NCBI GenBank assembly: GCA_015485235.1
Contig: WFTX01000073.1
Span: 1 to 33,534, forward strand
Length of the DNA: 33,534 bases
Source of the DNA: Nitrospirota bacterium
GTDB lineage: Bacteria > Nitrospirota > Thermodesulfovibrionia > Thermodesulfovibrionales > JdFR-85
Reading direction: 5' to 3'
Position numbers and translations under genes: made by a program. Under the pieces are notes generated by a model. The model was given only the letters and a program-made list of their open reading frames with translations, did not search any database and was not told the DNA's origin. Below are positions 7,903-15,029 of the stretch, piece after piece. Position 1 is the stretch's first letter, and each line of letters begins with the position of its first letter.

Positions 7903-8053
7903 TTCGGAGTTATTTCCCACATAAAATGAAGGACTTCCAAAAAAGGCCTAAGGTCATATGAACCATTTTGTGGGTTAAATAAGGTTTGTCGGTTATGTTA
8001 CTTATTGAAAAATAAACATATTTCACTAATGCTTCAAATATCTCTTCCGCTTC

Positions 8054-8069
8054 TGGCACGTGAGTTGCA
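8054..8069 (+). promoter_or_regulatory. sigma-54 (-24/-12) promoter for tetrahaem cytochrome A
   Basis: TGGCAC-gtgag-TTGCA matches the TGGCAC-N5-TTGCW consensus exactly. It lies about 100 nt upstream of the ATG at 8170. Confidence 0.75.
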
Positions 8070-8169
8070 TATATTAATGCAATAGAAACAAGGACATGAT
8101 TCAGGAGGTGTGATTATGAGAAAGATAATGTTTGATTCTTATAAATCCCTAATGAAAGGAGGTGAACAA

Positions 8170-8826
8170 ATGAAAAGGATTCTCGTACTCGCAGCTATAC
8201 TCACCCTTGTGATGGCTGGTGCAGCCTTTGCGGGTGTCTCCGGTACGCTCCATGACCTGAGCGGTGGCACAGGCCAGATCTGTGTTGCCTGTCATACCCC
8301 TCACGGTGCCCAGTCAAGCTCCAATGGTCCGCTCTGGAACAGGAACTACGACAACTCCGCCACTACCTACACCACTTACACAAATACCGGAACCTTTGAT
8401 ATGGGTCCTGTGGTCGGTCTTGGCCCTCAGTCACTGGCGTGCCTCAGCTGTCACGACGGTACTGCATCCCAGCTTGTGAACTATCCCGGGCCTGGTGCAG
8501 CCAACTCCAACTACGATCTGACTTCAACAAGTTTCAACAATCAGAACAACAACTCACTCATCAACACTGACCTTACCGATGACCATCCCGTTGGTTTTGT
8601 TTACAACCCCGGTGCGGATGCACAGGTCAACAACTTCCCGACTGCGGTTAATGGTGTGATTGCCAATGTCTTTCCGCTCTATGGTGCTTCCAACAATACC
8701 TTTGAGTGCGCAACTTGCCATGATGTGCATAATATAGCACATCCTGCACGGGATCCCGTGTACTTCCTCAGGACGAGCAATAACCAGTCCGCACTTTGTG
8801 GTGCTTGCCACACAGCTAAACTCTAA
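8170..8826 (+). CDS. small secreted tetrahaem c-type cytochrome, paralog A
   Basis: AAAGGAGGTG lies 7 nt before the ATG at 8170, so the listed start at 8110 is an unsupported extension. The signal is MKRILVLAAILTLVMAGAAFA|G. Four CXXCH motifs: CVACH, CLSCH, CATCH, CGACH. Blocks shared with 16693 and 18981: HDLS, CxxCHTPHGA, PLWN, CLSCHDG, NxPGPG, DHPV, CxTCHDxH. Confidence 0.92.
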   Translation: MKRILVLAAILTLVMAGAAFAGVSGTLHDLSGGTGQICVACHTPHGAQSSSNGPLWNRNYDNSATTYTTYTNTGTFDMGPVVGLGPQSLACLSCHDGTASQLVNYPGPGAANSNYDLTSTSFNNQNNNSLINTDLTDDHPVGFVYNPGADAQVNNFPTAVNGVIANVFPLYGASNNTFECATCHDVHNIAHPARDPVYFLRTSNNQSALCGACHTAKL

Positions 8827-8862
8827 TATATTAAGTGAATCGGGAGAAAGGCAAGATTTTTT

Positions 8863-8897
8863 AAAAGGAGCGGGTTTGAAACCCGCTCCTTTTATTT
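8863..8897 (+). terminator. Rho-independent terminator after tetrahaem cytochrome A
   Basis: A 13-bp stem pairs aaaaggagcgggt (8863-8875) with acccgctcctttt (8881-8893) around a 5-nt loop. It is followed by a T-rich tail (ttttatttg). Confidence 0.85.
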
Positions 8898-9018
8898 GCT
8901 TCAATAAGTAATGTTGTCTGCATACAGACACCAAGAAAGCCCTTTTGTTGTTACTTTGCTGTTAGACGTCAATTAGGTGCTAAACTAAACGGGGAATAAA
9001 TAAGGAAGTTCTGACTTG

Positions 9019-10809
9019 ATGGGCACAGGTATAAATGAAAAATTCAGTCCTCTATTGGGGAAACTCCTTGTCTTTGTTTTTTTTATTGTCTTTGCCATTT
9101 CAATAGTTCGCCCTATCATCGATCCTGATCTCTTCTGGCACCTTGCCACTGGCAAGTGGATCGTCGAGCATAAAACCTTGCCTGCAGAAGATCCCTTTTC
9201 CTTTACCACCCAACGATATGCCTATGAAGAGTTCGACAGGACCAGGTTCATCCTAAGGCAATACTGGCTGGGTCAGATAATAATATATCTTTGTAACCAA
9301 ATGGCAGGATACTGGGGCAATATAGGATTCAGGGTAATTCTTTTCCTGGGCATACTCTTTCTGCTTAATCGATGGTTGAAGGAAGATAATATTGACCCTT
9401 TAGCGCGGGTTTTGTTTCTTGTGCCTTCAGGAATGATACTCAGTCTTTTTGTCGGTGACCGTCCCAACCAGATGACTTATCTGTTCTCCGTGATCATGTT
9501 CTATCTGCTAAAAAAATATCGACAAGGCGAAAATAGAGCGGGTTACCTGATGATCCCGGTGATGATCCTCTGGTCAAACATACATGGCGGGTTCATATTG
9601 GGTGATGTCTTGCTTGTAATTAGCCTCTCCCTGGCTTGTATAAGTTATCTTGTAAGAACAAAAGAGGGGAAATCAAACGCTGATATCGCCAAAAAGGGAG
9701 CACTCAGGGATGTCGTCGTTTTTAGCTCTTCAATTCTTGCCTCCTTTGTTAACCCAAATCATATCAAGGTGGTTTTTACCCTTCTGGAATCCCGGTCCTT
9801 TTATAAGTTCAGCGTCTTCGAAAACCTTACGCCTTTTCAGTATATGCAATATGGACAGAATATGTACGTTTATATCTTGGTGCTTTACCTTGTTATATTG
9901 TCTCCTGCGATTCTGTTAGCTTACAGACGAGATAAAAAAGGGGGTATTTTCTTTGGTTTAACGGCGTTATTTCTTACGGGACTTTCCACTATGGGAGTCA
10001 GATACATGCCTTTTACAGCACTTCTTCTTACACCCCTTGTTGCAAGAGAATATGGACCATATATCAACAGAGGCAAAGGTGTTGTATTTAAGGCCGTAAT
10101 TGCCTTAATAATCCTCTCTGTTTTTATATACAATGCCAGATCTCCTCTCCTGAAAGCCGGGAGATCTTTGCCACCATTAAGTTCAAACTTTCCGACTAAT
10201 ATAGTCCGGTTTGTAAAGAGTGAGGGCATCAAAGGCAATGTTTTCAATACATATTCCATTGGTGGATACCTCATATGGACACTTTATCCAGATGTGAGAG
10301 TATTCATAGATGGAAGAGGACTGGTGCAAAGGGTATTTTACGCATATAAGAGAATTGTGAAAGGAGATCAGAGCATTATTGAGGGTGTGCCTGTCTGGAA
10401 GGCCCTACTCGAGAGTTATAAGATAAAATACGCGCTCATAGAGCCGACTGATATTATTGGTGGAATGAGGGATATAGTTATACGGCTTGTTGAGGATCCT
10501 GAGTGGAGGCTTAATTACATTGATGAAGTATCCAATGTGATGTTATTCTCCAAAGATCCTGCGTTGCAGGAAATCCCTGGCATCCTTGCTTATGCCGATA
10601 TTTTGAAGATTTCTCTCCTGAATGTAAGAAACATGCCCGACAACCCGCAGGGGTATGTTACTCTTGCAAAGATTTATACTCTACTTGGAAAAAGAGGAAG
10701 AGCTATTGCTACCCTTGAGGGAGCGATAAGAAACCATCCTGCATGGGGGGAGGGCTTCATAGGTCAACTGCTTGATTATATAAAGAAAAACGAGATCGTA
10801 AGGTGGTGA
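9019..10809 (+). CDS. large polytopic membrane protein, GT-C-like (ArnT/PMT-style) putative glycosyltransferase with soluble C-terminal domain and TPR-like tail
   Basis: About 12-14 hydrophobic helices. An acidic first-loop motif (IIDPDLFWHLATGKW) resembles the DxD/ExD loop of GT-C enzymes. The C-terminal ~200 aa are soluble and end in a TPR-like helix pair (YVTLAKIYTLLGKRGRAIATLEGAIRNHP). The ATG at 9019 directly follows the TTG at 9016. Family assignment is tentative. Confidence 0.7.
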   Translation: MGTGINEKFSPLLGKLLVFVFFIVFAISIVRPIIDPDLFWHLATGKWIVEHKTLPAEDPFSFTTQRYAYEEFDRTRFILRQYWLGQIIIYLCNQMAGYWGNIGFRVILFLGILFLLNRWLKEDNIDPLARVLFLVPSGMILSLFVGDRPNQMTYLFSVIMFYLLKKYRQGENRAGYLMIPVMILWSNIHGGFILGDVLLVISLSLACISYLVRTKEGKSNADIAKKGALRDVVVFSSSILASFVNPNHIKVVFTLLESRSFYKFSVFENLTPFQYMQYGQNMYVYILVLYLVILSPAILLAYRRDKKGGIFFGLTALFLTGLSTMGVRYMPFTALLLTPLVAREYGPYINRGKGVVFKAVIALIILSVFIYNARSPLLKAGRSLPPLSSNFPTNIVRFVKSEGIKGNVFNTYSIGGYLIWTLYPDVRVFIDGRGLVQRVFYAYKRIVKGDQSIIEGVPVWKALLESYKIKYALIEPTDIIGGMRDIVIRLVEDPEWRLNYIDEVSNVMLFSKDPALQEIPGILAYADILKISLLNVRNMPDNPQGYVTLAKIYTLLGKRGRAIATLEGAIRNHPAWGEGFIGQLLDYIKKNEIVRW

Positions 10810-10845
10810 TGTATCAAATCCTGAACAAATCCACTATCTTAAAAT

Positions 10846-11040
10846 GAAGAACCCTGCGGCAAGACCACGTGGATCGATATGATTAAAAATGCGCTCGCTG
10901 TGCATATTCAAGACGGTATTGGCCACAGATGACACAGAAAAAAACGATTTTCACTGATCTCCTCAACCTCGACCTCAGCCTGTCTTATTGCTTTTCCCTG
11001 CCCGCTACCCGCTGTTTTTTAAACCTCAGCCTTGACCTGT
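10846..11040 (-). repeat. intergenic modular repeat, copy C (all modules in reverse orientation)
   Basis: gaagaaccctgcggcaagacc (10846-10866) is the reverse complement of 3430-3450. ccacagatgacacagaaaaaaacgattttcactgatc is the reverse of the CAGTG module. ctcctcaacctcgacctcagcc (10959-10980) and aaacctcagccttgacctgt (11021-11040) are reversed GGTTGAGG modules. ccctgcccgctacccgc (10996-11012) is the reversed GCGGGTAGCG module. Confidence 0.75.
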
Positions 11041-11047
11041 GTTGCTA

Positions 11048-11063
11048 TGGTCTGAAAATTGCA
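11048..11063 (+). promoter_or_regulatory. sigma-54-like promoter upstream of the DUF1670-like/OMP operon
   Basis: TGGTCT-gaaaa-TTGCA has correct GG-N10-GC spacing and a perfect -12 TTGCA, but a weaker -24 element. It lies about 140 nt upstream of the ATG at 11205. Confidence 0.5.
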
Positions 11064-11204
11064 TATTAATTACTGGTATTATTTTTTTGTTTCAGGAAGT
11101 ATGGGTTCATATGAGCTTCCAAGGATTGTGGGCATAGTACTTTCGTTCTGGAAGTGGGTTAAAACCCATATTTCTGTGTCATATCACGCAAGGGAGGTGC
11201 TTTC

Positions 11205-11465
11205 ATGATGAAAGGACTTCTGCATTATCGAACCAGGGAGGGCAAAAATACTTACAGGACAATAGACCTCACTTTCTGTTCCGGTGAGGATGATTCTGTG
11301 TTCAGTGAGGAGGGAGTGGTGGAACTCAGAAAGAGGCGGCTCAGAAGAATCCTTGAGGAGGCGGCAATGCAGGACGTTCACCTCAGTTACCGGGACCTTG
11401 AACTGATACTCTCCACATCCCGGTCTACGTTGAAGAGGGATATGAGGATGCTCAGAATGGGGTAG
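11205..11465 (+). CDS. DUF1670-like helix-turn-helix protein, repeat unit 1 (ends at in-frame TAG)
   Basis: GGAGG lies 7 nt upstream of the start. The core LRKRRLRRILEEAAMQDVHLSYRDLELILSTSRSTLKRDMRML is paralogous to the next ORF. The family name comes from memory of DUF1670-type sequences and is not verified. Confidence 0.7.
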   Translation: MMKGLLHYRTREGKNTYRTIDLTFCSGEDDSVFSEEGVVELRKRRLRRILEEAAMQDVHLSYRDLELILSTSRSTLKRDMRMLRMG

Positions 11466-11468
11466 AGA

Positions 11469-11834
11469 ATGAATTTCGGAACGATTGAATATATATGCGA
11501 AGTGTCCGATAAGAATGAGAAGGGCTACAGGGTTTTGAACCTTACCCTTGTGGATGAGGAAGACGGTGATATCTTTAGGGAAAACGGACTCATGGAACTC
11601 AGACGCAGGCGGATATTGAGACTTGTGAGGGAGGCAGCCGAACAGGGTTGTACCCTTTCTTACGGTGACTTGGCAAAAATACTTCTCACCTCTGTTGCAA
11701 CCCTTAAAAGGGATATTGTGGTTCTGGAGAAGAGAGGGGAGTACATTCCGCTTCGGGGGAGGAGAAAATATCCCTTGGACGAGGGAGAGAAGAAAAAGGT
11801 TATATCTGATATGATAAAGGACAGGGTGGGATGA
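11469..11834 (+). CDS. DUF1670-like helix-turn-helix protein, repeat unit 2
   Basis: Same frame as the previous ORF, separated only by TAG-AGA. The core LRRRRILRLVREAAEQGCTLSYGDLAKILLTSVATLKRDIVVLEKRGEYIPLRG is present. The stop overlaps the next start (ATGA at 11831-11834). Confidence 0.7.
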   Translation: MNFGTIEYICEVSDKNEKGYRVLNLTLVDEEDGDIFRENGLMELRRRRILRLVREAAEQGCTLSYGDLAKILLTSVATLKRDIVVLEKRGEYIPLRGRRKYPLDEGEKKKVISDMIKDRVG

Positions 11835-13822
11835 AGGGGCTTTCTCGCATTGCTGATACATTCAGAATGAACCCATCTGGCTGGTTTTGTCAGCCAGTGG
11901 TTTTTTTTATTGCTTTATTGTTTCTTTTCTTTGAGCCAGCTCTGAGCAACATTGTTTCCGAGAAGGGAAATTTCTCTCAGGCTGGCATGGCTGAAGCACG
12001 TTCAATGGGCGGCGAGTCCGAAATCAGGTGGCTGTTATACAAGAAATATCTGATCTATGGAGATATCGGACTGGAATATGAGAAACAAACGAGGGAGACT
12101 ACTCAGGATGATGTAACAACAAAGTATGACGCTGACAGTTTTGTTCAGAGATACAGGGTGAATTTTAAAAGTTACATTTATCATCCCAAACTGGTTACTT
12201 ATACCCTGGGAGTAGACTTGAACCTGACTTCAGGAGAACTTAACAGGATAGATCTCAAACGGTATTTTATGAATCTTAAGTTTCTCAGAACCAAGCCATT
12301 CAATTTTGAAATCAGGGCTGAATATCGAGATGGTGAGGACTATACCGGTTTCAGCCAAGGGGTTACGATGGTTTATATCAGGAAGAGAAAGAAAATAGGA
12401 TTCAGAAACATGCGGGAATATACTCTATGGCTCAACCAGCAGAGACTTAACAGAAGAAACCAGAACCAGAACCAGAATCAAAATCAGAATCAGAACAGAA
12501 ATAATGCCAATCTTAATCAGGAAAATCTGAACCAGGAAAAAGAAAATCAGAATACAAACAGAAATGCTAACCAGAATATTATGAACAGGACCATTCCCAA
12601 ACCAAAGAGAAGTCTTATCGACAGGGTGCTTCCTGTAATATTTATATTTGATTTTGACCGCATTCAGAGCTCAACTGATGATGGTGATACAACTGATTAT
12701 CTTGGGACACTACGCATGAAGGGAGATTTCAAAACTGAAAAAACCCGCACCAACTATTTTCTGAATTTTTCCTATTATGACCTTACCAGTGACTTTAGTG
12801 AAGATTCCACTAAATTTACTTTCTCCGCAAAATCACTGACTACAATCAATAAAATAGATAGAATGGAGTGGGAAGCCCGCTATAGCCTCAGGGAAAAAAG
12901 TTCATCTGAAAATTCATATAGTATTGATGGCACCTACTCGGGTTATTTCAAGGATAAGATCTGGAATTATCAGTTGAATCTAAGATATTATCAAAGAGAA
13001 GGAGATACAAGCTATTCATTAATCGGTTATGCCGGAAGAAAAGATGAATACAAGAACTTCCATCTTTTGTACCGTCTGGGTGCCAAGTACCAAAGGGATG
13101 ACCTTATCAATAAGGATAATATAGGGGTTTTTGGTACCATAACGGCTAACCGGAGACTTTCTGCTCGTCAGTCGCTTCTGCTTTCCTCAAGACTGGATGT
13201 TGGAACCGAAACAAACATACTGAATGCAAGGGCGGAAACGAGGTATATACTTTCCAGTAAACTTCTTTTATTTGGAAGCTATGACTTTTTTACCGGTACT
13301 GGAAATTATACTTATGAACTTGGTGGTGCTGCTGATGACCGAACACGGCACCAGATCAGAATTGGTCTGAATGGAAACTACAGGTCTGTATTTTTCCATT
13401 CGATTTTGTCCTACTTGTATCAAGATAGTAGTAACTCCATACTTTGGGATAACGCAGCGAGATGGGTCTTTTTCAACAGGGTCAGGTTCACACTCGGTCT
13501 CAGGGCAGAATGGCATGACACCACGAATGCTGGTGATAATACGGAAGGCTTGAATAATACAGATAAGGAAACTACCATCTCCGTATATAATCTTATCATG
13601 TTTTCTCCATGGTACAGATCGGCTGTCAGAATATACAGTCGCTATGAAAAAACCATTAATGGTAAAGAGTCAACGCATTACAATGTAAAACCTGAGTTTA
13701 TTTGGAGGATTCGGAGATTGTATCTGAGTATGAGATACGAATATATTTATGACAAAGTCCTTTCTAACGAGATCACAGAGCAGAAATTCTATGTGCGTCT
13801 CACAAGGCCCTTCTGGTTTTAG
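11831..13822 (+). CDS. predicted outer-membrane beta-barrel protein (663 aa) with N/Q-rich low-complexity insert
   Basis: An N-terminal hydrophobic signal (VVFFIALLFLFFEPALS) is present. Long runs of alternating aromatic/polar strands occur (YRVNFKSYIYH, YFLNFSYYDL, YQLNLRYYQ, RYEYIYD). The C-terminus ends in an aromatic residue (RLTRPFWF), as in BAM substrates. The start is translationally coupled to the upstream ORF. Confidence 0.8.
   Translation: MKGLSRIADTFRMNPSGWFCQPVVFFIALLFLFFEPALSNIVSEKGNFSQAGMAEARSMGGESEIRWLLYKKYLIYGDIGLEYEKQTRETTQDDVTTKYDADSFVQRYRVNFKSYIYHPKLVTYTLGVDLNLTSGELNRIDLKRYFMNLKFLRTKPFNFEIRAEYRDGEDYTGFSQGVTMVYIRKRKKIGFRNMREYTLWLNQQRLNRRNQNQNQNQNQNQNRNNANLNQENLNQEKENQNTNRNANQNIMNRTIPKPKRSLIDRVLPVIFIFDFDRIQSSTDDGDTTDYLGTLRMKGDFKTEKTRTNYFLNFSYYDLTSDFSEDSTKFTFSAKSLTTINKIDRMEWEARYSLREKSSSENSYSIDGTYSGYFKDKIWNYQLNLRYYQREGDTSYSLIGYAGRKDEYKNFHLLYRLGAKYQRDDLINKDNIGVFGTITANRRLSARQSLLLSSRLDVGTETNILNARAETRYILSSKLLLFGSYDFFTGTGNYTYELGGAADDRTRHQIRIGLNGNYRSVFFHSILSYLYQDSSNSILWDNAARWVFFNRVRFTLGLRAEWHDTTNAGDNTEGLNNTDKETTISVYNLIMFSPWYRSAVRIYSRYEKTINGKESTHYNVKPEFIWRIRRLYLSMRYEYIYDKVLSNEITEQKFYVRLTRPFWF
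12458..12496 (+). repeat. in-frame hexanucleotide microsatellite (AACCAG/AATCAG)n encoding (NQ)n inside the OMP gene
   Basis: The sequence reads aaccag aaccag aaccag aatcaa aatcag aatcag aac. The wider N/Q/E-rich tract runs to about 12576 (NQNQNQNQNQNQNRNNANLNQENLNQEKENQNTNRNANQN). Confidence 0.85.
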
Positions 13823-13840
13823 AAGAAAGCGGGTATAAAT

Positions 13841-14027
13841 GACAGGTTAAGGTTGAGGCCGAGGTTGAGAAAGAAAGCGTGTAGCGTATAGCGGATAGGA
13901 AAGGATGACAGGTTAAGGAGATCAGTGTGAATCTGTTTTTTCAGTGTTCATCAGTGTCCTATAAAGTTTTGGATTTAGGTAATTTGAATTTGTTTCAGGA
14001 TTTAGAGATTAGGATTTAGGATTTGTT
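13841..14027 (+). repeat. intergenic modular repeat, copy D (M1 GGTTGAGG - M3 GCGTGTAGCG - M1 - M2 CAGTG - M4 GATTTAGG)
   Basis: The module sequences are gacaggttaaggttgaggccgaggttgag, gcgtgtagcgtatagcggatagg, gacaggttaaggag, atcagtgtgaatctgttttttcagtgttcatcagtgtcc and ttttggatttaggtaatttgaatttgtttcaggatttagagattaggatttaggattt. Module order is the same as in copies E and F. Confidence 0.8.
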
Positions 14028-14044
14028 TTATGAAAGGAGTCTTG

Positions 14045-15007
14045 ATGAAAAACAGTATATCTGTCTTAGTTGTTTTGTTGATGATTCTCGTATCTCCCCT
14101 CAGCAGCCTTGCTGGAGTGAAAGTTGTTGCCAGGGTTAACGGTGAACCCATAACCGAGCGGGATCTGATGATTGCGGTTCAGAAGAAGATTCCCATGATA
14201 AGTTTTCACAGAAACGTCTCTAAGGAAAAGCTGATGGCTATAAAAAAGGATGTTCTCCAGGATCTGATAAACGATGAACTGATTTACCAGGATGCGAAGG
14301 GAAAGGTGGCCGTTTCGGAGGAGGAACTTGAAAAGGAGATGGAGAAGGTAAGAAAGAGGTTCAAATCTGAGAAGGACTATAAACAGGCGATCGTGAAGTC
14401 AGGCACGACTGAATCGGCCTTGAAGGAGAGATACAGACGGGAACTTATGATCAGGAAAATGAAGGAGAAGGAAATTTACAGAAAGGCAGAGGTGACCGAG
14501 GCTGAGGCAAGAAGGTACTATGAACAGAACAAGGGTCGATTCCTTGCGCCTGAAAAACTGAAACTCTGGGAGATTTTCCTTGAGGTTCCGCCTAACGCTA
14601 CCAGGGAAGAGAGGGAGGCGAAGAGGAAAAAGGCGGAGGAGATACTCCAGAGAATCAGGAAGGGTGAGGACTTTGGCCGGCTTGCGTGGGATTATTCTGA
14701 AGACCGCTATAAATACAAGTCCGGGGAATTAGGGTATATCCACCGTGGAAGGCTCAATCCTGAAGTGGAAAGGGCACTCAAGAATGTTAAAGCGGGTGAG
14801 ATAACAGATGTTATTGAAACAATCTACGGTTATTACATCTTCAAGGTGGGTGAGATTGTTCCGCCGAAGCAGCTCTCCTTTGATGAGGCCAAGAAAAAAC
14901 TTATCCGCCAGTTGCGGGAGTCACGGGCAAAAAAATTAAGAGAAGAGTACTTAAAGAGACTGAGGAAGAAGGCGAAGATAGAGATATTCATGGAAAAAAC
15001 AGGTTGA
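14045..15007 (+). CDS. SurA-like periplasmic chaperone / parvulin-type (PpiC) peptidyl-prolyl cis-trans isomerase
   Basis: AAGGAG lies 6 nt before the ATG at 14045; the listed ORF begins at 14030. The signal is MKNSISVLVVLLMILVSPLSSLA|G. A SurA_N-like helical region is followed by a rotamase core (LWEIFLEV...GEDFGRLAWDYSED...GELGYIHRGRLNPEVERAL...GEITDVIETIYGYYIFKV). Confidence 0.88.
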   Translation: MKNSISVLVVLLMILVSPLSSLAGVKVVARVNGEPITERDLMIAVQKKIPMISFHRNVSKEKLMAIKKDVLQDLINDELIYQDAKGKVAVSEEELEKEMEKVRKRFKSEKDYKQAIVKSGTTESALKERYRRELMIRKMKEKEIYRKAEVTEAEARRYYEQNKGRFLAPEKLKLWEIFLEVPPNATREEREAKRKKAEEILQRIRKGEDFGRLAWDYSEDRYKYKSGELGYIHRGRLNPEVERALKNVKAGEITDVIETIYGYYIFKVGEIVPPKQLSFDEAKKKLIRQLRESRAKKLREEYLKRLRKKAKIEIFMEKTG

Positions 15008-15028
15008 GGTTAAGGTTGAGGTCGAGAA
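15001..15028 (+). repeat. GGTTGAGG-type module (M1); left inverted arm of four-helix-bundle cassette 2
   Basis: aggttgaggttaaggttgaggtcgagaag overlaps the PPIase stop codon. 15002-15022 is the perfect reverse complement of 15469-15489 (21/21). Confidence 0.85.
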
Positions 15029-15029
15029 G

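Noticed and set aside
11184-11861. 225-aa minus-strand ORF spanning the DUF1670-like pair
   Set aside because: It lies antisense to two ORFs that have clear paralogy, an HTH-like core and a good ribosome-binding site. Its own sequence has no recognisable features.
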